Assembly (NCBI RefSeq): GCF_009914755.1
Contig: NC_060927.1
DNA from: the human T2T-CHM13v2.0 reference genome, Homo sapiens
Strand: one strand, 5' to 3'
Length of the DNA stretch: 64,000 nt
The notes beneath the pieces are model-generated. The model saw only the letters and a list, made by a program, of their open reading frames with translations. It did no database searches and was not told the origin of the DNA. The position numbers and the translations under genes are program-made. Positions 52,886-64,000 of the stretch are shown one piece after another. Position 1 is the first letter of the stretch, and the number at the start of each line of letters is the position of its first letter.

Positions 52886-54897
52886 CTAACTTCGGATGGT
52901 CACAGGAAAGATGCAAACTAACAAGGAAAGCTTCTTCGACTGCCATGTGCCACACAACAGAATTGCGTAAACTTTGGCACAGTCACCATCCGTAAGTGAT
53001 GCTGTGATGAATCTCCTGTTCCGATACACTGAAATGATTCACCACTTAACGGTGAGTGATTTTACACACTACACGCTCACACCTAAGGGCCCTGAGATGA
53101 ACCCTGCTATCAAAGAGCAAAATACCTGTTTTAACACAGGCCCATAAAATTGCTCCTGGTCATGAGAGCAGGGTGGCCAAATTCCAAGCCTGCCTTTCCG
53201 GCAGAAGGTACAACCACGGATTTCACTGGGATAAAGTGATAAGAAAATTCTATAGCAGTGACTCTTGGTTCTTTAAGAATGAAACCTCCAATAATACATT
53301 ACTTCCTCTGGGTGCAACAGACACAGATTAAAACATCAAAACAAAAAACCCCTTCCCTCCATCTGAGTCATTCATTACACACTATTCTAAACACTCTTGT
53401 CTAGGACTTTCCTAGGACCAGGAAAGGATCGGACATTTTGGGCCTTTTTAACTCTCATTTTGACAATTCACTCTCTAACATAATCCAATCAATGAAAATA
53501 TTAGTACAAAAACCTCATGTTACAGAAATGTATGTCAGAAGATTAAAAAAAAAGCAAACTCAGTGGTGACTCACTTCTGGACGTGTAGTGATTAGGGGTT
53601 TTTGTTGTTTTTTAAAGAGACTGAGAAGGGCAATTTTAGGCAAATACCCTTCTGGGTTACAAAAGAGCAATGTATAGGTTTCCTATATGTCCTATTTGAA
53701 GAAGAAAATGAAAGTGGTTTGTTTTCAACAAATACATCTGCACAAACAACAGCTTACCTTAGTGCTACTGGCATCTCCTTCATTCCCCATCCACAAAAAA
53801 TTTTAAGGGACAAATGACATAAGTGGGTGTAACTACCTTTCCAGGCTGGAGCTGCTTGTAAGAAAAACCCTTCCTGGGAAGCCAGAAGTTCCCCAGAGTA
53901 CGGGAGTCCTCTATCAGCCTCCACTGGAACTTACACACGTCCTTTATTTTTCAACTGTGTGACATCACACCCACAGCTCACTAACATCTCTGTGAGGTCT
54001 CCTGGTGCCTGTGCAAAGCCCAAGCATCCAAAATCTATAAAGCTCATATAAAAATCCATGCTTACTTGCATTTGCCACAATGCTCGGCGTTACAAATGGA
54101 TTAAGTACAAGGTTCCTTCCAATATTATTTTCTAGGTTTATCCTCTCTTTCTCAGCTGCCTCAAAACAATGCAGATCATACAAATACAGACAGCAGATCC
54201 CTGGTATTAAATCAGCCAAATTAGAAAAGCGAATTTACCCACAACTTTTCAAGAATACATCCGCTGTATTACAGGGAGGCACGCGACTATCTCTAGCTAA
54301 GTATTTTAAAGAAAACACACAGTTTTAAAAGGTCAGCCGTCTGGCCCACAGTGAAGTCACTGACTTTATTAGCTAGCTTATCGACTTGGGATCTCGTCCT
54401 GTTCACTTTTTCCACTGGGCTTCTTAAAGTTTACGTGTGTCATGAAATGCTTAGCTAAAGCCAAAAGGCTAAGTTTTTCTTTCTGCAGTACTAAGACGTC
54501 GTGAAACACTCTAAATTTAAAAGACCATCTACCACATCATTTTCCCTGTTTAGAGGCGTGGAGCAGTGATGATTTCCCTGGTTCTGGTTGTTGAAATGGC
54601 TGAGAAGACACGAAGTCAAGATTCAAAAACCACAAAGTATTTCAGCATGCATTATTGTACACAGACTATGCTGCTATTAAAACATGGAACTTCCTTTTCA
54701 CTGAAATTACAAGCAGAAAATAGCAGATGCTGCATGCGACCTCCATCCTTGAACATACTAAAATTTTACTATGTCAAATGGAAAACTGGCTGTGAAAATG
54801 ACTAGGCCACAACACACTTTTATTTCTTTTTTTTAAATCATTCGCCAAAGTCCCTAAAAACAATGCCTCACCTCTTCCACAAGGTCCATCTACGTTC

Positions 54898-55195
<298 letters not shown>

Positions 55196-58100
55196 CCATC
55201 TACATTCAATGTGGCTGGGTGCATCACCCCACCACACGCCTGTCCCCTCCCCAACCATCCCACTCCCATTTGCAGGTCCAGGTCATTTACTCACAAAGGA
55301 TGTGTCTTACAGGGTGGACCCTAGCGGCAAATTCCACTTGCTAAACTGTATCTTAACCAAATAATGAATACTGGTACCTGTGGAATATGAGTTCTTTCTT
55401 TTAAAGCCAATCACCAGCAAAGGTGGTTAAGAGCCTTGTCAAAAGTCAATTATCAGTAAACTCTTTTTGGAGTTTCAGTTACAGGCAGAAATCTAAGAAA
55501 CACCATGTGTACTTCTAGATACTCCACAGCCTCTCTGTGCACTAGAGAGAGACAAGAGCCATTCAATTCACAGAGCATCTTCACATCCAAACAGAAAATC
55601 CAAGCCCACTGGTCATACCAAATTGAGACATCCACAAGATCAGCTACATTGAGGCAGCTGCCCTATGAAAACAGCTAGGACTTAGCCTAACACTTGCTAT
55701 ATAACGAACACACAATCTCCCAGGTTCTACCAATCACTCCTTTGACAAATCGAGGTTTGTCAAAGTCTCTGCCTAGCCTGTCCTAAATCAAGTGACTCCA
55801 ACATGACTTCCCTCCAATAAACATGCTATCATTGGTAGGGAGGTAGAAGGGTGGAGAATGACTTGCGTCTGCATACTGCACACTAACAAAATTAAGTGGG
55901 TTTTGTTCTATGCCCTGAGATATAGGGAACCAAACAAAAGGTGGTGGTTGGGGGTGAGAGCAGTTTGCTGGAAAAGGCAGGCACTCAGCTATCAGATGCA
56001 ACCTGTACTCCAGCTAAGTCTCCCCAAACTGGCTTTCCTTTCTCCTTACTCCCCACCACACTCAGTCCTGAAATATTATCAAAGTAAACAAAAGCTGTTC
56101 CAATCCCAGGTCTAGTCCGCATGGCTACACAAACATGACTCTGCGAAACTGTGCTGACAACTGCGTTTACTTGTGGCAAAGTGAACCAGGATCAATAAGC
56201 CAAAGTGGCTTTAGATTTGGTTAGGTTTAAGCTCACATAAGCACAGAGAGAAAACCATCCACTCTCAAAGAACTAGTGCAGAAAGCACCTGCACAAACTC
56301 GTCAGGATGGTTTATAAGGTCACAAGCACCTGAGAAAAGATCGTTTATTCCTAGGGGCATGAGACAAATGGTAGGCCTGCCCGTCACACTACTAGTGTCA
56401 ATATTTATCTAAGGCCTGGGTATTCACGATGGTATAAACCAGGCACCTTTTCAATTCAGTTATTCACGTAATTCGCCACTACAAAGCCCCAAAACAGAGA
56501 TTCTTTACAGCTTGATTTCTTTTCTTCCATTTCCATACACAGGGGGCTGGCTGCAGGACCCATGGTCTATGTCAGCAATAATCCCTGCAGCCTGGGAATA
56601 AAGCGTACAATGTATTTCAGAACTACCTATATCAAATGGCATTGCAACTGAGGACAATGAAGAGGTGGGGAAGGGAGACAGAGCACCTGCTTTCTTCCTT
56701 CCCATGGCAAGCATGTTTTCCTCACTCAAAATGCGCAGAGATTAAACCCTGTAGTAAAGTAAATGAACCCCAAGAGTCACACCTAGGCATGTCTAAGTGT
56801 GACTTACACTGCAGGATTAATTCAGCAACCAATACCCAAAGGTATGTGAAGCTCAAATAGCCCTGTCTGGCCAGTTCCAATTCTCTCCAACTCCTTAATC
56901 CTTCACCCCTTCCTCCCTTAGCCTCTCCTCTCCCCCAGATAAGGGCCTAATCACAATTCTCTTTCCCAGGTAAAAGTCAAAAGAAATAAGTAGTCCATTA
57001 GTATCAACTTTAAGAGGTCCAAGAGACCTCTGAAAAACAGCTGTGGAAACCAGGTTCACAAATGGATTTCTCCAAGTCTCTTCCTATCTCTCAAAGTCCT
57101 CAAATCCCCTTTTTCCAAGATGCCACACTGCAGTTCCTCAGTCAAATCTGCTGGCCTCTTCCTGCGAGACACACTGCTGTGTAAATCAAAGCACTAGAAA
57201 AAGATGGCTGTCTCTCCAGGGTCACATTAAAGAACCTGCCTCAAAACACTCTTTAAAAGTTGCTGGCTGAGTGACATTAAATGGATTTCTCAAGCCAGCT
57301 TTCTATAATTCACTAAACCTAGTTTTCTGATTCCATACGCAGGATTCTTCCCAACTACACTGGTATCTATACCAAAATCCTCATGAGGACTCTGGATCCT
57401 CTGTGCAGCCCGGTAGGGATCATCCTACTTATACATCCCAGCAGGCTGCAAAACACTTCCGTTCCCTTCAAAGTGAAATTGTGATGGCAACTGATGCACT
57501 GTGACGCACGACACACATGTGGTCTGTGAGGAGCAGGCATTCCTATCTCTGCTTTAAATACGTCTGTTGAGTGAGAGCAGGCAAGAACTGAGCCCAAAAT
57601 GGTAGCAGCTGAGGGTGTGGTCAGTTTTATTTTTTTCTTACATAAAAATATACTTAAGCAGCCAGTATTTCCTCACACACGCTGAAGTTAATAATTCACA
57701 AACCAACTAACATTCATCAAGGATCAGAAAATTTAAAGGTTGTTTGCACAAACACTCCTGTTCTTGCTCTTACTTAACAGCTGGTTTTTTAACTGATGGC
57801 TGCTGTTGCCATTAGGGCCAGGTGGCACTTCAAAATGTTATTTCTTGAGCCAGACACACCACGACCCGGGTCATTTGCCCTCTGGATTCCACGGTATCCA
57901 AACTCCTGTGCTTAATGTTGCTTCTCAGACAAAACAGGTAATTCTGGCAAGGCAAAAATACAGGACAAGATGATCCTAGTTTGCTGGTAAAACATTGCTG
58001 TAATCATGCTCTTCCTTTTCTAATCTGGCCCCTCCAAATGGACAATCCCCAAAGATGCCAAGGCACAATGGAGCAGTAGGTAGGGCTGGAATAACCTCAT

Positions 58101-59009
58101 CCAAGAGGCAAACTGTCTGGACTTCAGACCAAGATGTCTTATTACAAGGAGAAGATAAGTTTTTATACTTCAGTCATCCTCAAAAAGGAGGGCCCAATCC
58201 CCTCTCGCCTCAAACCTTATCCTTTCCACCTTTCTTCCTTTATCTCACTTAAGTTCATTCTCTCATTTTTAAAGATGTTATCATCAGAGCCAGAAATGTA
58301 AAATCACGCATAGGTGTGCTGGAGACACACCTATGGGGGAGGAAGAGGGGAGAGGAGGGGAGGTGATCTAATAAAGCCTTCTCCAGCAACTATTTGAGTG
58401 ATGCTCAAATAGGATAGGAGTGGCCTGCTGTAGGATAGGAGGATTACCAAACAGATGTTGGTTGTTGTTTCGACCAAAAAAAATTAAACCTTGGGGGTAT
58501 GAGTTAGCTGCAAAGCCATGGACTTGCTACAAACACACGACACACAGCCTGAGTTTGTGGGCCTGCAATGGCTTCAAGGCCGCATCAACATCTACATAAG
58601 TCTTATGAAAGAGGTTACACATTAACCACAGCACATCTCAAGGAAAATCCTATCACCTCCACCATCTCCACACCGTTTATTTGCCGCCTTTGAAAAGGAC
58701 TTTCTGCACGTTGCTACCATGGAATTGGAAATAAATGGAGATAAATCCAGTTTTTGGTTCTACGTTTTTGCTTTTAATACACAACTAATTTCAGTGCATG
58801 TAGGTGGTCCTGAAAAGGTAACCAGTTAACCCCAATGGGGCAGAAAATAACAGTTAACTTAAGGGCAGATGTGTAGGACAGCCAACCCATGGTTATCTCG
58901 ACAGGTGTGCGCAGGCAGGAGTTTCAGGGACATGAGAAAGCAGTGTCCTGGATACTATCAAGAAAGAAAACCCAACGGTAACTCACAGTTGGTTTGGAAA
59001 TAAGCACAC

Positions 59010-59095
59010 AGGTGTTTATTAAGCACCTGCTGCGTGCCAGGAGGACCACACAGGTCAATAAGGTAGGCTGTGCCTTCAGGGAGTCTGCCCTCACA
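59010..59095 (-). mobile_element. L2 3' fragment
   Basis: gtttattaagcacctgctgcgtgccagg...tgccttcagggagt. Confidence 0.55.
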
Positions 59096-60134
59096 TTTAA
59101 GACTCCAAAGCAATTTCCTCCAACAGCTGTTTACAATGCAGATTCCCAGGCCCTGGCACCATAAACTCTGACTAGAGGACTAACAGAGGCTACCATGTCA
59201 TTATTATCTCACTTGTCTATAGGCAGTTCAGCCCGCTGACCATCTCCCTAACTCATGGATCTCCAAGGGTCTCCACTGTACGGGTCAGCTTTTTTTTCCA
59301 GTATGTCCCCGCAGGCCTTTTCTCAAGCTCACCACCACCCTCCTGTCAGTTCATCTAGAATGGGACTAAGGAGTAAGAAATTAAAAACAAAACTCAGAAA
59401 ACCTGACCCTCTACCCCCAGAGGCCTGCAGAGATTTAGTACTAACTCCCTGAGTAGCTCAATGAGCCATTTTCCTTCTGGTTTCTTGCTCTAAAGGAAAC
59501 CACTGCAGGCCTCGGCTCCCTTTCCCATTAAAAGCCACCGGGGCCATAGTTTTCAATTAGCTCTGTCAGCCCATCACCCTGCAGCCGCCCAAGTTCAATA
59601 CGTCCTCCCTTCCCCCAGCTTCTGGTCTCCACCAAGCACTTCACACCTCCCTATTGTAAACCTGTCCAGAGCAATTACCCTGCCTGCACTTGGACAGCCT
59701 CAATACTGCACTTCTGTCTAATTTATAGCTGCAAAGCTCCGTCGGCAAAGGCAGACCTGCCTCGGAACAGAGGAAATGCAGAGAAAACGGTCAGGCTCTT
59801 CCATAAATGCATATGCACAGCCAATTTCCTTAGGTTACAGGAGAGCAAATTCTCCCATTCTCCTAGGGACACTATGTAATAAGCTCCCCTAGAGCGTCTG
59901 TAGTCTGGATTCACTGCAAGGAAAACCACTGCTCTTTCCTGCCACATTTTCTTTTTCCCTTGAGATTCCAAACAGACGGGCAAGTTATGAGGCATTACAC
60001 TTCTACCTGTAGATCTTCAAAGTCTTAAAAATAAAAACTCTTCTCGCCTGAGGAAGATAGAGAAAAGCACACTACCAACCAGGGGAATACCCCAAGCTGC
60101 TTGAAATTGTACTTTCTAAACATGCTCTGCTTAC

Positions 60135-61035
60135 CACTGAGCAATAAAAAGACAAAGGACTCAGTTAAAATACGGGCAAAGAAACTGAATAGACATTTCT
60201 CCAAAGAAGATATACACATGGTCAATAAGCATATGAAAAGATGCTCAGTGTCATTAGTCATTATGGAAATGCAAATCAAAACCACAACACAAGATACCAC
60301 AACACACCCACTAGGATGGCTAAAATTTAAAAAGACAGATAATAGCAAGTGCTGGTGAGGTAGTGCAGAAATGGGAACCTTCATACCCTGCTGGTGGAAG
60401 TGCCACGTGGTGCACACAGCTTCTCCAGGGAACAGTCTAGCAGTTCCTCAAAAAGTCAAACATAGAATTGCCATATGACCCAGTAATTCCACTCCTCGGT
60501 ATATGCCCGAGGTATATACTCAAGTGAAAATATACATTCACCACAAAAACTTACGCACAAATGTTCACAGCAGCATTGTTCATTACAGCCAAAAAGTGGA
60601 AATAAACAAAGTGTCCACCAACTGATGAGTGGATAAAGTAAATACAGTCTCTCCTCATGATGGAAGCATTCTTCAGCCATAAAAATTAATGAAGTACTGA
60701 TACCTGCCATAATATGGACGAATCATGACAACACTGTGCTAAGTAACTAAGTAAAAGAAAGGGCCATATATTGCATGATTCTATTTATATGAATTGTCCA
60801 GAACAGACAAATCTATAGAGACAGAAAGTAGATGTTGCCGGGGGATGGGAGGAAGGAAGGATAGGCAGGGAGTGCTAATGGGTACAGGGTTTTATTTTGG
60901 GGTGATGAAAATGTTCTAGATTAGTAGTTACGCAAATCTACGAATATACTAAAAACCCAGAATCCTATCATTGAAAAGGATGAGTTTTGTGGTATTTGAA
61001 TCACATCTCAAAAAAGCTATTTAAAAAAAAAAAAA
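60135..61035 (+). mobile_element. L1MB-type LINE-1, ORF2 end and 3'UTR with poly(A)
   Basis: gaatagacatttctccaaagaagatata (NRHFSKEDI), ccatatgacccagtaattccactcct, ggggtgatgaaaatgttctag, A tail at 61023-61035. Confidence 0.92.
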
Positions 61036-62067
61036 GTCCTGTTGCCCACCTTAGCAGGCTCTCAGAATTCCAGACTGAAAATGCCACCTAGCTACTTCCA
61101 TACCACAGAAATGCAGAAAGAACTGCCCCTCTACGTGCCAGGAGATAAATGAACACCCAAAAGAACACCCAGAAAGAACATCAGCTTCTGTGTGCTTCCC
61201 AGATTGTCCTATACTCGCTCCCAAGCTCTGTCCATGAGTCCATCAGATGCAGAAAACCTCAGCTAGAGTTTACCCTCCCACAGAAAACACATTCTTGGCA
61301 TTTTGAAAGAGCATTTCTTTTCTTCCTTTGAGAAATTATTTAGCAAGGCTGTGGAAAGCAGGGCTCCCAGTGGCCATTCAAAAATTAAGACCAAGCCAGA
61401 AGGCAGGAGGAAATGTCACCACAATGGGGAGAAAATAAATCAGTTAGATTAAGATTAAGATCTAACCCTTTTCTGTGGTTGGGGCAGGCGGATTTGAGAA
61501 TAATAGCATGCTATTTCTGGAAAGTCCCTCCAGAGTAAAAGCTGGGAGGGTGGGGGTGTGAAACTATATGTTTCAGTGTTAGATTAAAATTTGTTGAAGT
61601 TGATTGAAAACAGATAGAAATGGCCAACGGTCCCCCTGCCCAGCACAGGTATGCCAGTCCTCTGTGGCTGAGGTCCCTCTATATTTCAGACCACACCTCA
61701 GCACTGCCCTCGCCAGCAAAGATGCAGTTAAACGGGAAGGCCCAAAGTCTAATGGGGCCAGGATGCTACACAACATCAAAGAGATTCCAGTTGCTCCCCT
61801 TGCGCCATAAACTCTTTCACCCAACATCATTCACACTTTCAGAGTGCAAAGTTCACTCTGATATTGGTGGCTTTCTCACTTTGTAGCTTTTTTGGCAAGT
61901 GCCCCTTGGCCTGGTTGTTCATTAATATATAATCAGAACATTAAAAGCATTGTTTCACCTTCTAGGGAGGCTGTGCCCAATTTAATAAAGCTGACATTGT
62001 CCCTAGGGTGGGGGGAACCACCTCGAAATTGGCAGAGAATTCAAAGATGCACAGACCGGAGGGTTTA

Positions 62068-62115
62068 TGTACACACACACACACACACACGTGTATACAC
62101 ACACGCATGCACACA
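62068..62115. repeat. (CA)n microsatellite, interrupted
   Basis: tgtacacacacacacacacacacgtgtatacacacacgcatgcacaca. Confidence 0.95.
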
Positions 62116-62989
62116 GAATTAAGTATTTCAAAAGATGTTTTTTATATTCCCCATGGCAAAGGAGCAAAATTAAAATGCTTCTCACCACAGAAACTGACCT
62201 GGCATTTCTTTCCCTTAATCCTTTCAATACCAAATTACTCCTTACCTTTAAAACCTTTACAGGAAGTAGTGATCTTTGTGGCAGGAAGACAAATAAACGA
62301 GAAGGGATGTCTAAAACTCTATCACAATTATCTATGAGAATGCTCGTTCAGTGCACTACTTTTACTTTTCAAAGCACATGCATACAATGACAACTCACTT
62401 TCGAGACCATGTTTACTTTGCTGAAAGCCACATTCTAAACATGGGCTCGCTTGCAGAAGGGAAGCAGCTTACAATTCAACCTTGTTTATGCTCCAAGTAG
62501 GTTTGACAGAAAAACCACATAAATTTGTTTTAAAATAATTTCCATTTGCTGGAAGCTGTTCCTGAAAGGTTCTCAGCCACGCTAATCTGCGCTGATTCCT
62601 ACCAGCTGTAGGTACCAGGCACCCTGGCCACAGACCGGGCAGCCTGGGCACAGGCAGGCTGGCTCTGCAGAAGGCTGCAGCAGTACAGGATCAACAGAGC
62701 CACTGCAACAGTCCCCTCCGCAACACGCGTCCACATCTGTTTAAGAAGAACCCAAAGATGTCCTGGTTCAGAGTCAAAACATGTGACATGCCTGTTGAGA
62801 GCACAGTTTTCTATGCAATTACACCTGTGCTCTCTCAGAAACACAGCTTCCCTAGTACCAAAGAGATGTACTGTGCTCAAGCCCAAAGACCACAGTGGAG
62901 GACAGCAGATGATGTACTGGGCTGAGCATCAACAAAGGAAGGAAACTGAAAAAGGAAATATCTGGGAGTATCCTGTGTAAAGTCTTCAG

Positions 62990-63570
62990 CCTCAACATCC
63001 AAAGAAATGCAGATTAAAATAATCTGAGGCAATTTCCATCCATTAAACTGGTACATGATTACAGAAATAAACAGCATTTAATGTTTGTGAGGGTGTGGGA
63101 CAAGCACAAGTTCACATGTAAGTTGGCAGCCTCTTTCTCAGAGGCAGTGGTACCGAAAATATTAAGAATCTGCATATCCAGCGCTATCTGAATTGGGTAA
63201 CTCATCCTAAGGAAATAAATGGCTAAACATTTATGCATAAGGATGTCTATCAAAGCTTAGGAAAAAGCCTAAATGCCCAATATCAGAGAAACTTTACAAG
63301 TTTCATGTAAGTTGTGTAATAATTTATTATACAATAAATATTAAAGCACATTTTAAAAACTGCTTAAAGTCAGGGAAAATATTCAAGATATTGAGTCTTT
63401 AAAACATAACTGAAATAGGTATTCAGCCTCACACATTACTGGAAATTTATACACTATCCAGTGATAATATTTATCACCGAACAATGAAATCAGTTGTTTT
63501 TTCTTTTGTACTTTCTTCTTTATTCAATAAATGCCTAACATTTGTCACCAGAAAATCAAAAGTAATAAAG
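62990..63570 (+). mobile_element. Highly degraded L1ME-type fragment
   Basis: aaagaaatgcagattaaaataatctgag...catcctaaggaaataa...aaggatgtctatcaaagc...cctaaatgcccaa. Confidence 0.6.
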
Positions 63571-64000
63571 ACATAGTAACTAGGCTAACAGATCAATAGC
63601 ACCCCCTCCAGCACCCCCCGTAAGGCCACCAAGACAGTAATCTGCCTAGACTATTCCAGCTCACTGGGGACAAAAGGCTTCCCTACAGCATCACAGTCCA
63701 AGATCTCGATAGCCATTAAAAGAAACATGTGAGGCTGAGCTCATCAGGGAGAACACAGCTTCCCATTGCCCCTTGCTAGCATGCCTGGGAGACTGCCCAG
63801 AGAGGAGCTCTGCCAGCTGGGTTCGCAGTGCTCTCTCTGCCATGGATGGAGATCCTGCGTGTCTGAGGATGGGGGTGGGGGCCAATGTCTCACATCTGAA
63901 GTCCAAGCTAAAAAGGCCCAGATTTAGAAATGTATCTGCCTGAAGTCTCCTGCCATAGAAGCTTCTATCAATTTACATAGTTACTTGGGCTGGGTCCACA

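Noticed and set aside
60101-60358. ORF containing NRHFSKEDI
   Set aside because: C-terminal remnant of L1 ORF2p in a dead L1M copy.

Overview
This window is non-coding catarrhine primate (very probably human) genomic DNA. It contains AluJ/S/Y SINEs, old L1M and L2 LINE fragments, MIRs, a full-length THE1 (MaLR) provirus, an MLT1 solo LTR and several MER DNA-transposon fossils, separated by unique sequence of moderate GC content. I found no recognisable protein-coding exon, RNA gene or CpG island. Nearly all listed ORFs are translations of repeats or chance frames. Most long L1 fragments lie on +, and unique sequence looks A-rich on +, which suggests a large intron of a gene transcribed on the minus strand (inference; gene not identified). 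I see no evidence for a new multi-gene system. The most interesting signals are local: (1) a TSD-less, tail-less Alu fragment copied from a specific Alu 3.5 kb away; (2) a promoter-like module with a candidate minus-strand first exon at ~22.9-23.95 kb; (3) an intact THE1 with DUX4 sites in both LTRs; (4) a template-switch scar at 25.8 kb; (5) a pre-miRNA-sized hairpin formed by inverted MIR cores; (6) a triple-Alu insertion hotspot. Repeat subfamily names come from recalled consensus sequences, and boundaries of old repeats are approximate.
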